From contig CAVXQW010000003.1 in NCBI GenBank assembly GCA_963764045.1, forward strand, positions 72,762 to 136,761: a DNA stretch of 64,000 bases. The letters run 5' to 3'. This document shows, one piece after another, positions 1 to 9,437 of this stretch. The DNA is from an uncultured bacterium (GTDB lineage Bacteria; Desulfobacterota; Deferrimicrobia; Deferrimicrobiales; Deferrimicrobiaceae). A model generated the notes under the pieces. The model was not told the DNA's origin, did not search any database, and saw only the letters and a program-made list of their open reading frames with translations. Both the position numbers and the translations under genes were made by a program. Every line of letters begins with the position of its first letter. The first letter of the stretch is position 1.

Positions 1-129
1 GCCGCCATCGCCCTCTCCCGCATCGGGAGTACGGAGGCGATCGCTTTTCTTCACATCGGGAAATCGTCGAGGAAGAAGGCGGTGCGGGAGCAGTGCGAGT
101 CCCTGTTGCGGACGAGGAGGGCGAAATGA
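1..129 (+). CDS. C-terminal end of a HEAT/PBS-lyase-like repeat protein (partial, enters from the left of the window)
   Basis: Frame +1 is open from base 1 to TGA 127-129 and reads AAIALSRIGSTEAIAFLHIGKSSRKKAVREQCESLLRTRRAK. The AL-x-x-IG-x-x-x-AI-x-x-L spacing resembles HEAT-like repeats. The stop overlaps the next ATG (ATGA). It is not in the ORF track because no start lies in the window. Confidence 0.35.
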   Translation, partial: AAIALSRIGSTEAIAFLHIGKSSRKKAVREQCESLLRTRRAK

Positions 130-1293
130 AGGCGCAGGAGGTTTCCCTCGCGATCCTGACCGACCTGGTCCGGTGCATCCAGGCGGCGACGCTCTACCCC
201 GAAACGCACCAACGCGTCCAGGAACCGTTGGGTCGCCTCCTCAGAAGTATCAGGAACGAGGCGAAACGGGTCGGGGGCAGACTGACCCTGGGGTTTCTGG
301 GAGACCGGATCGTGGTCGACCAGTTTCCCTTCCTCGCGTCTACCCTTGGGATCGGGCGTCTTGCAGGAAGAATGGCCTCGCGGGGAATCGAGAAGGTCAC
401 CATCGGGGAAGCGGTCACCTTTTCGGAGATAAAGCGGTTCGTTTATTTTGTGGCGGGCGTCGAGGGGACCGATGGGTCCCGGCCGTGGAAACAGATCTCC
501 TTCGGCAGGATCCGGGGGGACGAACCGTCGGAGTTCCCCGCGTTGGGCGCGGGGGAGACCTTGCCCACCCCCCAGGTGCTCGCCGGGGCGATGGATGTGC
601 TGAAGGAAGTCCTCCGCTCCATCGCCGTCATGGGCCCCCTCGGGAACGTGGAAGAGGGGAGGGACATCGTGGCCGCGGTGATGAAGGGGTTGAGGGAAGA
701 GGAATTCCTGATCGACCGGATGATCCGCCTCCAGGCCCACGACGATTACACGGTCGCCCACTCCCTCAACGTCTGCGTGATGGTGGTGGCCCAGGCGACG
801 CGTTCTGGAACTCTCCGAAGCGGCGATCCGGGACATCGGTCTGGCCGCCCTCCTGCACGATATCGGGAAGGAACTTATCCCCGCGGAGATCCTGAACAAG
901 CCGGGGAAACTGGATGCCGGGGAGTTCGCGAAGATCTCGCTCCATCCGGTCCTCGGTGCGACCCATCTCCGGAAGATGTCCCTTGGGAGTGATCTTCCCG
1001 TCATCGTTTGCTACGAACACCACATCCGCCACGACCGGTCCGGATATCCGACCCCCCGCTTCCCGGACCTTCTGCACCCCGCTTCCATGATGACCCAGAT
1101 CGCCGACGTGTACGACGCCTTGCGGACGTTCCGACCGTATAGAGCGAGTCTCGACCAGGAGACGGCGCTCGGGATTCTCCGCGAGGGACGGGGAACGGAG
1201 TTCGAGCCCGATGTTTCTCGACCGCTTTCTCCGGATGGTCTCCTGATCCCTGCAGTGCCGTCGTCCCGGGACATCGTTCCTGGCGTCCTTTAA
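126..1293 (+). CDS. HD-GYP domain (c-di-GMP phosphodiesterase-type) protein with one frame break near 795-805
   Basis: ORF 93..992 (likelier start ATG 126, MKAQEV) contains HDDYTVAHSLNV. The frame of ORF 976..1293, read back to about 800, gives LSEAAIRDIGLAALLHDIGK ... HHIRHDRSGYP, the HD-GYP signature. Confidence 0.8.
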
Positions 1294-1297
1294 CGAT

Positions 1298-1664
1298 TCA
1301 CCCCGGAGGGAAAAGGCGGGAGATCCGGTGGCGGCGGCGTGCGAAGGCCCCGTAGAGGAGGCGCGAAAGGATCCCGGCGCCTGGGAGGCGGAAAAGGGCG
1401 GCGGCCCACCGGTACCGCCCCGTGCGACGCAGGATCTCCGGGAGCGCCTGTTCCCCGGCGAGGATCGCCCCGCCCGGGAGGACGAGGTGCATCGCCTGGA
1501 GGCATGCGGCCTCGCTAATCGCGGGAAATCGCGAGCGGGTCTCCCGCGGAGCGGCAGGGGAGATATTCGAAGGTGCCGGGGACCAAGGCGTTGCGCCGGA
1601 CCCAGTCGGCGGCCGCGCGGCACACCGGGCAATCCGCGTCGTAGATCAGGACAACCGGGACCAT
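1298..1664 (-). CDS. DCC-family thiol-disulfide oxidoreductase (DUF393-like) with a frame break near 1510-1520
   Basis: Minus-strand ATG 1664 gives MVPVVLIYDADCPVCRAAADWVRR (CxxC motif) and then hits a TAG near 1512. The rest continues in the ORF 1298..1492 frame (HLVLPGGAILAGEQALPEILRR...YGAFARRRHRIS). Confidence 0.55.
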
Positions 1665-1670
1665 CTTCCA

Positions 1671-2678
1671 TCAGCAGATCCGCGGGAGCTGGTCCCCCAC
1701 GGGATAGTCGATCGCCCGCACTCCGCCCGAGGAAGTGCGCATCCGAACACCGCTTCCTCCTTCCTGCACTTCTCCGATGACCGCCGCCTCCCGCCCGTAC
1801 GGGTGCTCCCGCAGAGCGGCGACGATCGCTTCCGCGGCATCCCCCGCCACGATCAGCACGGCCTTTCCCTCGTTGGCGAGATACAGCGGGTCGAAACCGA
1901 GGATCTCGCACACGCCGCGCACCGATTCCCGCACCGGAAGCCGCGACTCGTCCAGCACGAACCGTGCGTTCGCGGCGGACGCGATCTCGTTGAGCGTCAC
2001 GCCCACCCCGCCGCGCGTGGGATCGCGCATGAAGCGCACCTTGTCGGCAAACCGGGGAAGAAGCGGAAGGAGCAGACCCGAAAGCGGCGCCACGTCGGAC
2101 AGCACGGGGGCCTCTATGGCGAGGTTCCGTCGGGCGATCAGCACCGCCACCTGGTGGTCCCCCATCGTCCCCGTAAGCAGGATCCGGTCGCCGGGACGGA
2201 TCGCCGACGGCGCCGGACGCCAGCCGTCCACCGAAACGCCGATGCCTGCGGTGGTGATGAAGATCCCGTCCCCCTTTCCGCGCTCCACCACCTTCGTGTC
2301 CCCGCAGGCGATGGTCACCCCGGCTTCCTTCGCCGCGTCCCGCATCGCCGCGAGCGCGCGTTCCAGGGTATCCATCGGCAGCCCCTCTTCGAGGATCAGG
2401 CCGCACGAAATCGCGATCGCCTTTGCCCCGCAGACGGCGAGGTCGTTCACGGTGCCGCAGACGGCCAGCCGGCCGATGTCCCCGCCGGGAAAGAAGGGAG
2501 GGGTCACCACATAGCCGTCGGTGGTGAAGGCGATCTCCCCCTCGATCCGGCCGAGAAGTCCCGCGTCGAGGAACGGGGACAGGACAGGATTGTCGAAGTA
2601 CCGGGCGATCACCTTCGCGATCAGGTCGCGGGTGCGCTTGCCGCCCTCTCCGTGGGAAAGAAGGATCTTGTCGTGCAT
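1671..2678 (-). CDS. hypE: [NiFe] hydrogenase maturation protein HypE
   Basis: ORF 1671..2678 starts MHDKILLSHGEGGK and has an AIR-synthase-like body. It ends ...PRIC, the HypE thiocyanate-carrier cysteine motif. Confidence 0.95.
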   Translation of the reverse strand: MHDKILLSHGEGGKRTRDLIAKVIARYFDNPVLSPFLDAGLLGRIEGEIAFTTDGYVVTPPFFPGGDIGRLAVCGTVNDLAVCGAKAIAISCGLILEEGLPMDTLERALAAMRDAAKEAGVTIACGDTKVVERGKGDGIFITTAGIGVSVDGWRPAPSAIRPGDRILLTGTMGDHQVAVLIARRNLAIEAPVLSDVAPLSGLLLPLLPRFADKVRFMRDPTRGGVGVTLNEIASAANARFVLDESRLPVRESVRGVCEILGFDPLYLANEGKAVLIVAGDAAEAIVAALREHPYGREAAVIGEVQEGGSGVRMRTSSGGVRAIDYPVGDQLPRIC

Positions 2679-2687
2679 CGGGGGGTC

Positions 2688-3776
2688 CTACAAGGCTCCG
2701 TATTTGTAGTAGGCGGCGCAGGCGCCCTCGCTGCTGACCATGCACGGACCGTACGGCTCCTCCGGCACGCACGCCTTCCCGAAGAGGGGGCAATCGACCG
2801 GGAGGATCTTCCCCTTGAGCACGTCGCCGCAGCGGCAGGCGGACTTTTCCTGCGCGAAAACGACGGGGATGCCGAACTTCTTTTCCGCGTCGAACGCGGC
2901 GTACGCATCCGCGATCCTCAGCCCGGACCCCGGGATGACGCCGATCCCGCGCCACCCCGTGTCGCACGGGACGAAGACGTCGCGGATCATTTCCTGCGCT
3001 TTCCGGTTCCCGGTCGCCGTGGCCACGCGCGAATACTCGTTCTCCACGCGGGCGACCCCCTCCTTCTTCTGGCGCAGCAGCATCGAGATCCCGAGGAGAA
3101 TGTCGAGCGGCTCGAAGCCGGCGACCACGCACGGGATGCCGTACCTCTGCGCGAGCGGCCGGTAGGCGTCCGTCCCGATGACGACGGAGACGTGGGCGGG
3201 GCAGAGGAACCCTTCGATGCGGACCTCGGGATCGGAGGCGAGCACCCCCATCGCTTCCGGGATCGTGCGCACGGACGACAGGACGGAGAAGTTCCTCGCG
3301 CCGCGCTCCGCCGCCGTCCGGATGGCGCCGCCGATGGCGGGCGCCGTCGTCTCGAACCCCACGCCGAGGAAGACGACCTCCCGGTCCGGCGTGGCGGAGG
3401 CCAGCGCCACCGCGTCGAGCGGCGAGTACACGACACGGATCTCCAGCCCCGTTCCCTTCTCCTTCTCGAGGGAGGAGGATTTCCCCGGGACCCGCAGCAT
3501 GTCCCCGAAGGAGGCGAGCAGGGCGCCTCGCTCCTTTCCCAACGCGATCGCGGTGTCGATGTACCCGTCGGGAGTGACGCAGACCGGGCACCCGGGGCCC
3601 GAGAGCATCGTCACGGCGCCCGCCAGCAGCGGCCGGATCCCGCCGCGCGCGATCGCCACGGTGTGGGTGCCGCAGACTTCCATCAGGCGGACGGGGGCGT
3701 CTCCCGCGTCGCGCCGGATCCGCTCGACCAGTGCCTTGGCGGTCGCCGGGTCGCGGAATTCGTCGATATATTTCAT
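2688..3776 (-). CDS. hypD: [NiFe] hydrogenase maturation protein HypD
   Basis: ORF 2688..3833 trimmed to MKYIDEFRD. It carries the CGTHT and GPGCPVCVTP motifs and lies 7 nt downstream of hypC. Confidence 0.95.
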   Translation of the reverse strand: MKYIDEFRDPATAKALVERIRRDAGDAPVRLMEVCGTHTVAIARGGIRPLLAGAVTMLSGPGCPVCVTPDGYIDTAIALGKERGALLASFGDMLRVPGKSSSLEKEKGTGLEIRVVYSPLDAVALASATPDREVVFLGVGFETTAPAIGGAIRTAAERGARNFSVLSSVRTIPEAMGVLASDPEVRIEGFLCPAHVSVVIGTDAYRPLAQRYGIPCVVAGFEPLDILLGISMLLRQKKEGVARVENEYSRVATATGNRKAQEMIRDVFVPCDTGWRGIGVIPGSGLRIADAYAAFDAEKKFGIPVVFAQEKSACRCGDVLKGKILPVDCPLFGKACVPEEPYGPCMVSSEGACAAYYKYGAL

Positions 3777-3783
3777 GCCGCGT

Positions 3784-4017
3784 TCATGAAATGCCGAATG
3801 CATCGGAATCCGCGATCTCCCGGAACAGTGCAAGCGTCTGCTCCGCCTCCTCCTCCGAGAGTTTCTCGATGGCGAAGCCGGCGTGGATGATCACCCATTC
3901 CCCGACGGAGACATCGTCGACGAGCATCACGGAGATCTCCCGGCGGACGCCTCCAAGTTCCACGACCGCGGCGCCATCCCCTGTTTCCAGGACCTTCGCC
4001 GGAACTCCCAGGCACAT
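3784..4017 (-). CDS. hypC: [NiFe] hydrogenase maturation chaperone HypC
   Basis: ORF 3784..4095 trimmed to MCLGVPAKV, which has the invariant Cys2 of HypC/HupF. Length is about 77 aa. Confidence 0.9.
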   Translation of the reverse strand: MCLGVPAKVLETGDGAAVVELGGVRREISVMLVDDVSVGEWVIIHAGFAIEKLSEEEAEQTLALFREIADSDAFGIS

Positions 4018-4021
4018 GTTC

Positions 4022-6306
4022 CTACCCCCCTGCGACCTGCGCGGCCGCGTAATACGCCTGCCCGAGCGAGATCCCGCCGTCGTTCGCCGGGACATGCCGG
4101 TGAATCAGCGGGGAGAGCTTCCGCGTTCGTAGCCCGGAAAGGACCCGGGACAGCAGCGTCACGTTCTGGAACACCCCCCCGGAGAGGACGACGTGCTTCG
4201 CGCCGGTGCTTCCCGCCAGCCGCGAAGCCGCGGCGACGACCGCTGCGGCCAACGTGTCGTGGAACCTCCTGGAGATCGTCCCCGCCGGGATACGTCTGCG
4301 GGCATCCGCCACCGTTCCCCGGACCATCTCGCTCCAGTCTATCGTAAGTTGCCCGGCATCTTCCGCGAGGGTGAACGGATATGTGCCGGCGGCGGCGCGC
4401 ACCGCGGCGCCTTCCAGGCGCATCGGCGCCTGTCCCTCGTAGCTCGACCGCGCGCACAACCCGCAGATCGCGGAGACGGCGTCGAAGAGTCGGCCGGCGC
4501 TGGAGGTCGGCGCCACGTTGATCTTCTTCTCCAGCGCCTCGAGCACCAGGCGGACCGAGTCCGGGGGAATGCCGGGGAACAACTCCCTCGCCGCCGATTC
4601 CGCCTCCGCGGCCCCGATGGAACTCCGGAGCAGGGAGAGAGCGGTCCGCCACGGCTCCCGGACGGCGGCATCCCCGCCGGGGAGGGGGAAGTACGCGAGG
4701 TGCCCCGCGCGGCGCACTTCCATCCCGTCGATGGCGAAGAACTCGCCGCCCCAGATGGCGCCGTCCTCCCCGTACCCGGTTCCGTCGAACGCCACCCCCA
4801 CGGCTTTCCCGGCGAAGCCGGTTTCGGCCAAAACCGAAAAGATGTGCGCTTTGTGGTGCTGCAGTGCGAAAAGGCGGTCCGCGCCGGCGCGGTCGGCGAA
4901 CGCGGTGGTGAAGTACGCGGGGTGCAGGTCGTGGCACGCGGCGCGGGGCCGGGCGTCGAGGAACCGCCGGAAGAAGCGGTACGCCTCCTCGTAGAAGTCG
5001 CGCACCGGCGCCTGCTCCAGGTCCCCGATGTGCTGGGACAGGTACGCCGCGTCCCCCTTGACGAAACAGAAGGTGTTTTTCAGCTCGCCGCCAAGGCCCA
5101 CGACGTCCGGGAAGGAGCGGGGGAGGGTCACGGGGGCCGGGACGAATCCCCGCGCGCGGCGGATCGGGTAGATCCCCCTTCCGACGCGGCGCACCACGGA
5201 GTCGTCGGACCGCTGAACGACCTCGCGGTCGTGAAGGAGGAAGAGGTCGGCGATCCCGCGCAGGCGCGCCATCGCTTCGTCGTTCCCGATCGCGATCGGC
5301 TCGTCGGTCGCGTTGCCGCTCGTCATTACCAGCGGCCGGCCCGCGCGGTCCAGGAGCATCCGGTGCAGCGGCGTGTACGGGAGGAAGACACCCACCGTCG
5401 GGAGCCCGGCCGACACCGACGGCGCAAGGGCGGATCGGGGGCGTGCGGGAGCGAGGAGGACCGGGGCCCGCGGCGAGCGCAGGATCGCCTCGTCCGCGGC
5501 GTTGATGCGCGCGGCGGCGCGAACGGAGTCGACGTCTCCGAACATCACCGCGAACGGCTTCTCCTCGCGGCGCTTCCGGCATCCGCAGCGCGCGCACGGC
5601 GTCGTCGTTCGTCGCGTCGACGGCGAGCTGGAAGCCGCCGAGTCCCCGGATCGCCGCGATCGACCCGGCAAGGATCGCCCGTGCCACGGCGCCGATCGGG
5701 TCGTCCGTCTCCATCGGCGTGTCGTCGCCGCGGCGCACGAACAGCCGCGGTCCGCAGGCGGGGCAGGCGTTCGGCTCGGCGTGGAAGCGGCGGTCGAGGG
5801 GATCCCCGTACTCCTTCCGGCACGCGGCGCACATCGGGAAGGCGGCCATCGACGTGCGTTCCCGGTCGTAGGGGAGGGAGGTCACGATGGTGAACCGCGG
5901 ACCGCAATTCGTGCAGTTGGTGAACGGGTACCGGTGGCGGCGATCCCCGGGATCGGCGAGTTCCTCGCAGGCATCCGGGGCAGGTCGCGATGTCCGGCGG
6001 GATCGTGGAGAGGGCGATGCCGTCGCGGCGGCTTGCCCGGATCGTGAACCCCGGGATGCCGGTGGGCGCGGCCTTGCGGACGGAGAGACGGGTTACGCGC
6101 GCCGCGGGGGGGATCTCCGAACCGAACAGCGCCCGAAAGCGCGAGAGCGCCGTCGGGTCCCCTTCTACATGGATGACTACGCTCCCCGGGGTGTTCTCGA
6201 CCCACCCGGCGAGCCCGCACCGTGAAGCCACCCGGTGGACGAACGGTCGGAACCCCACTCCCTGCACCACGCCGCGGGCGGTGATCTCGATCGCCTTGAT
6301 GCTCAC
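4022..6306 (-). CDS. hypF: Carbamoyltransferase HypF with two frame breaks (about 5965 and 5578)
   Basis: Three pieces lie in three frames. The acylphosphatase domain starts at GTG 6306 (VSIKAIEITARGVVQGVGFRPFV). The Zn-finger/YrdC part is NCGPRFTIVTSLPYDRERTSMAAFPMCAACRKEY. The Kae1-like C-terminus is ORF 4022..5671. Confidence 0.9.
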
Positions 6307-6317
6307 GAGGCGGTCCG

Positions 6318-6782
6318 TTACGGGCGGGGGGAGGCCGCGAACGCCGCGATCTCGGCCCGCACCTTTTCGACGATCTCCGCGAAGCGCGCCGCGAGCGGTG
6401 CCGACAGCTCGAGGCTGTACGTTTCGATGTCGGCGGGGACCACGCCGAGGAGGATCATCTCCGGCAGGGTCTCGCGCAGCCGCATCATCCCGAGCGTGTC
6501 CGCCAGATTCAGGTCGTGGAGGGACCAGGCGGGCGACCCGCTCCCGGCCAGCTCGTCGGGAGTCATCCGCACGACCGTCCCGGGAGGGAACGGGGCGTCC
6601 ACGGCGTCGACGAGGACGACGCGTTTCTCCCCCTCGACCAGGGTGAGGAGGGTGGCTCCCGCGACGCCGCCGTCCACGAACTCCACGCCCGGCGTATCTC
6701 CCCGCGCGGAGAGCTCCCGCACGACGTGGACCCCGATCCCCTCGTCGCAAAGAAGGATGTTCCCGACGCCGATGACCCGCAT
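6318..6782 (-). CDS. Hydrogenase maturation endopeptidase (HybD/HupD/HyaD family)
   Basis: ORF 6318..6869 trimmed to MRVIGVGNILLCDEGIGVHV, with a later WSLHDLNLAD motif. Size is about 154 aa and it sits next to hypF. Confidence 0.9.
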   Translation of the reverse strand: MRVIGVGNILLCDEGIGVHVVRELSARGDTPGVEFVDGGVAGATLLTLVEGEKRVVLVDAVDAPFPPGTVVRMTPDELAGSGSPAWSLHDLNLADTLGMMRLRETLPEMILLGVVPADIETYSLELSAPLAARFAEIVEKVRAEIAAFAASPRP

Positions 6783-6812
6783 TCGTCCCCACCCTTCCGG
6801 GACTACCCCTCC

Positions 6813-6917
6813 GGCTGCGCCGCTCGAGAGGGGGCTCCGTTCGTGGCTCGCCGTGCGATGAACCTGCACGGCTGCGCTTTACCTCACTGCGCCCCCCTCC
6901 TGCGGCGACTCCGCCGG
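6813..6917 (+). repeat. GC-rich structured intergenic repeat, family 1, copy A
   Basis: Near-identical to 33191-33300. It contains GGGGCTCCGTTCGTGGCTCGCCGTGCGATGAACCTGCACGGCTGCGC and the tail TTTACCTCACTGCGCCCCCCTCCTGCGGCGACTCCGCCGG. Confidence 0.85.
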
Positions 6918-7035
6918 ACCCTCCCGTCACGTGCGCCTTCCGTGCTGCCTACCCGATACGTTGCCGTTCGAATGAAATGGCGTGCTTAGTGTAGCAGAAC
7001 GGGCGGCGCGCGGCCGGTGTGGTATCCTGACCCGC

Positions 7036-7710
7036 ATGGGACCAGACGGCAACGTGCGCATCGACGTGGATCGGTCGATCCTCCAATCCGCGGACGAGGC
7101 CGCGGCGGCGATCCGCGCCCTCCTCTTCGATCGGAAGATCTATGCGCTCAACCTCATCTCCTCGCCGGGCTCGGGAAAGACGACGCTGATCGAGGCCCTC
7201 CTTTCCCGCTTCGAAGGGAAGGGGGGCGTCGCCGTCGTCGAGGGGGACATCGAGACCGAGATCGACGCGGAGCGGATCCGGAAGCACGGCGTCCAGGTGC
7301 GGCAGATCAACACCCGGTCGTCCTGTCACATCCAGCCGTCCCGGCTCCTGTCCGTCCTCCGGGAGATGGACCTGTCGGAGACCCGGCTTCTTCTCGTGGA
7401 GAACGTTGGGAACCTCGTCTGCCCCGCGGAAGTCTCGCTGGGGGAGGACGCCCGCATCGTCCTGCTGAGCGTGACGGAAGGGGACGAGAAGCCGCTCAAG
7501 TACCCGCTCGTCTTCAAGACGTCCGACCTGCTCGTGATCACGAAGACGGACCTGCTGCCGTACGTGACGTTCGACGTGGACCGCGTCCGCCGCGCCGCGC
7601 GCGCCGCCAACCCCGCGGTGGAGATCTTCGAGGTCTCCGCGACCACCGGTGCGGGGATGGCCGCCCTCCTCGACCGGATCGAGGCGAGGCGGGCGACGAA
7701 GAACGGCTAG
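7036..7710 (+). CDS. hypB: Hydrogenase nickel-incorporation GTPase HypB
   Basis: ORF 6982..7710 has the P-loop SSPGSGKTTL and the ENVGNLVCP and ITKTDL motifs. The start is uncertain: GTG 6982 or ATG 7036. Confidence 0.9.
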   Translation: MGPDGNVRIDVDRSILQSADEAAAAIRALLFDRKIYALNLISSPGSGKTTLIEALLSRFEGKGGVAVVEGDIETEIDAERIRKHGVQVRQINTRSSCHIQPSRLLSVLREMDLSETRLLLVENVGNLVCPAEVSLGEDARIVLLSVTEGDEKPLKYPLVFKTSDLLVITKTDLLPYVTFDVDRVRRAARAANPAVEIFEVSATTGAGMAALLDRIEARRATKNG

Positions 7711-7773
7711 TGGTCCTTTTAATAATATAGGTGCGGCGCTCGAATGCAGCCGATTTATGAAAAGGACCACTAG
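7707..7773 (+). promoter_or_regulatory. Perfect 14-bp inverted repeat (stem-loop) bridging the hypB stop and the hypA start
   Basis: CTAGTGGTCCTTTT (7707-7720) pairs with AAAAGGACCACTAG (7760-7773) around a 39-nt AT-rich loop. The left arm contains the hypB TAG. The right arm contains the only SD-like AAGGA upstream of the hypA GTG at 7777. Confidence 0.6.
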
Positions 7774-7776
7774 GCA

Positions 7777-8118
7777 GTGCACGAACTCGGGGTCGCCAGC
7801 GAGATTCTCGAAGTCGCGCTCTCCGAGGCGGACCGGCACGCGGCGAGGAAAGTGACGTCGATCCGGCTGCGCGTGGGCGTCCTGCGCGCCATCGAGCCGG
7901 AGAATCTCTCCTTCCTGTTCGAACACCTCGCCCGCGGGACCCCCGCGGAAGGGGCGCTTCTCGAAATCGAGGAGGAACCGGTCCGGGTCGAATGCGAGGC
8001 GTGCGGGGTGTCGGAGGCCCCTTCCTTCACCCTGGAATGCCCCCGCTGCAAGGGGGCGTGCGTTTCGCTGACCGGCGGCGACTCCCTGTCGATCCTCTCC
8101 CTCGACGTCGACGCCTGA
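7777..8118 (+). CDS. hypA: Hydrogenase nickel insertion protein HypA
   Basis: ORF 7777..8118 (GTG start) begins MHELGVASEIL and has the zinc motifs CEACG ... CPRCKG. Length is 113 aa. Confidence 0.9.
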   Translation: MHELGVASEILEVALSEADRHAARKVTSIRLRVGVLRAIEPENLSFLFEHLARGTPAEGALLEIEEEPVRVECEACGVSEAPSFTLECPRCKGACVSLTGGDSLSILSLDVDA

Positions 8119-8281
8119 ACCTTAAACCCGTCATCAATAAAGCAGTTCTACGCCGTGCGATCACGGCTCTGCCCGCCGATCCTGCCAAGAACAATAAAAC
8201 GATGGTATTCTTTTTCGTGATCGACTGCGTAATTATATCAATGTCCTATTTATAGGTTACCGAATGTAAATAATAATTCTC

Positions 8282-8310
8282 TTGACAGAAATAGAACTAT
8301 TTTTTAGATT
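8282..8310 (+). promoter_or_regulatory. Candidate sigma70-type promoter for the hydrogenase structural genes
   Basis: TTGACA (8282-8287), a 17-nt spacer, then TAGATT (8305-8310). It lies in a roughly 210-bp AT-rich tract that contrasts with the GC-rich surroundings. Confidence 0.5.
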
Positions 8311-8346
8311 TTATGAAACACCAGGCTGCCCGTGCAGGAGGCACAG

Positions 8347-9393
8347 ATGCTCACGAAGCGGGGACACGGTCTCAGTCGGCGCGATTTCATCCGGATTGCG
8401 GGGGGAACCCTCGCATCGCTGGGATTGTCCGGGGCGTTGACGCCGAAGCTGGCGCGGGCGCTGGAGAAGGCAGCGGCGGGGAGGCCCAAGGTCGTCTGGC
8501 TCCACTTCGCCAGCGACACCGGGTGTACGGAGTCGTTCATCAAGTCGGACTCCCCGAGCGCGGGGGAGCTGATCCTCGACATCCTGAGCGTCGACTACGA
8601 CGAGTCGATCATGGCCGCCGCGGGGAAGCAGGCCGAGGAGGTGCTGGCCAAGTCCGTGGCGGGGAAGGATTACATCTGTGTCGTCGAGGGCGGAATCCCC
8701 ACGGTCCCCGGCCACGGGATGATCGCCGGGCGCGAGATGCTGGCGATCGCGAAGGAGGTCTGCGGGAACGCGAAGGCGGTGGTCGCCATCGGCTCCTGCG
8801 CGGTCGACGGAGGTGTTCCGGCGGCGAAGCCCAACCCGAGCAAGATCCTGGGCGTCGGTGAAGCCCTCGGGATGACGGTGGTGAATCTTCCGTGCTGCCC
8901 CGTGAACCCGGAGTGGCTCGTCGGCACGGTGGTCTACGTGCTGACGATGGGGAAGCTTCCCGAACTCGACAAGAAGGGCCGCCCGCTGATGTTCTACGGA
9001 AGGAAGATCCACGACAACTGTCCGCGCCGCACCCACTTCGACGGCGGCCGCTTCGTGGAGCAGTTCGGCTCGAAAGAGGAGGCCGCGGGATATTGCCTCT
9101 ACAAGATGGGGTGCAAGGGGCCGGAGGCGTGGTCGGAGTGCCCGAAGACCCGCTGGAACTCGAAGGAGTCGTGGTGCATCGAGATCGGCTCGCCGTGCCT
9201 CGGCTGCTCCGAGAACAACTGGACGGACCACTTCGGCCCCTTCTACGGGAAGCTCGCGGACGTCGCCCTGCCGTACGGGGACGTGACGGCGGACAAGATC
9301 GGCATCGGCCTGGCGGTCGCCACCGGCGCCGCCATCGCCGGGCACGCCGTGCTGAAGGCGACCAAGGGAAAGGGCGAGGACGGGAAGAAATAA
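8347..9393 (+). CDS. [NiFe] hydrogenase small subunit (HyaA/HupS type), Tat-exported
   Basis: ORF 8332..9393. AGGAGG at 8336-8341 favours ATG 8347. It has the twin-arginine signal SRRDFIRIAGG, several Cys clusters and a C-terminal hydrophobic anchor IGIGLAVATGAAIAGHAV. Confidence 0.95.
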   Translation: MLTKRGHGLSRRDFIRIAGGTLASLGLSGALTPKLARALEKAAAGRPKVVWLHFASDTGCTESFIKSDSPSAGELILDILSVDYDESIMAAAGKQAEEVLAKSVAGKDYICVVEGGIPTVPGHGMIAGREMLAIAKEVCGNAKAVVAIGSCAVDGGVPAAKPNPSKILGVGEALGMTVVNLPCCPVNPEWLVGTVVYVLTMGKLPELDKKGRPLMFYGRKIHDNCPRRTHFDGGRFVEQFGSKEEAAGYCLYKMGCKGPEAWSECPKTRWNSKESWCIEIGSPCLGCSENNWTDHFGPFYGKLADVALPYGDVTADKIGIGLAVATGAAIAGHAVLKATKGKGEDGKK

Positions 9394-9437
9394 GGGAAGT
9401 CCCCTTACCTCAACCGGAAAGAACGAGAGGGAGAGCC

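Noticed and set aside
766-3890. Very long ORFs overlapping hypE/hypD on both strands (766..3591 minus, 941 aa; 1422..3890 plus, 822 aa). Similar giants occur elsewhere (14630..15880, 33324..35747, 51606..53936, 59947..61800).
   Set aside because: Their translations are Arg/Pro/Gly/Ala-rich low-complexity strings with no motifs. Each overlaps a gene with clear family signatures in another frame. These are the shadow ORFs expected in high-GC DNA, where stop codons are scarce.
6516-6989. A recurring peptide, SEGGAPFVARRAMNLHGC, in four six-frame ORFs (6516..6989, 14610..14933, 32813..33313, 41394..42533), considered as a conserved small protein.
   Set aside because: It is simply the translation of the family 1 repeat. 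The flanking ORF sequence is unrelated between copies and there is no consistent start, SD or stop.
6955-6990. tRNA-like GTTCGAAT strings (also near 7740).
   Set aside because: There is no acceptor-stem complementarity, D-loop or anticodon arm around them. These are isolated T-loop-like hexamers.
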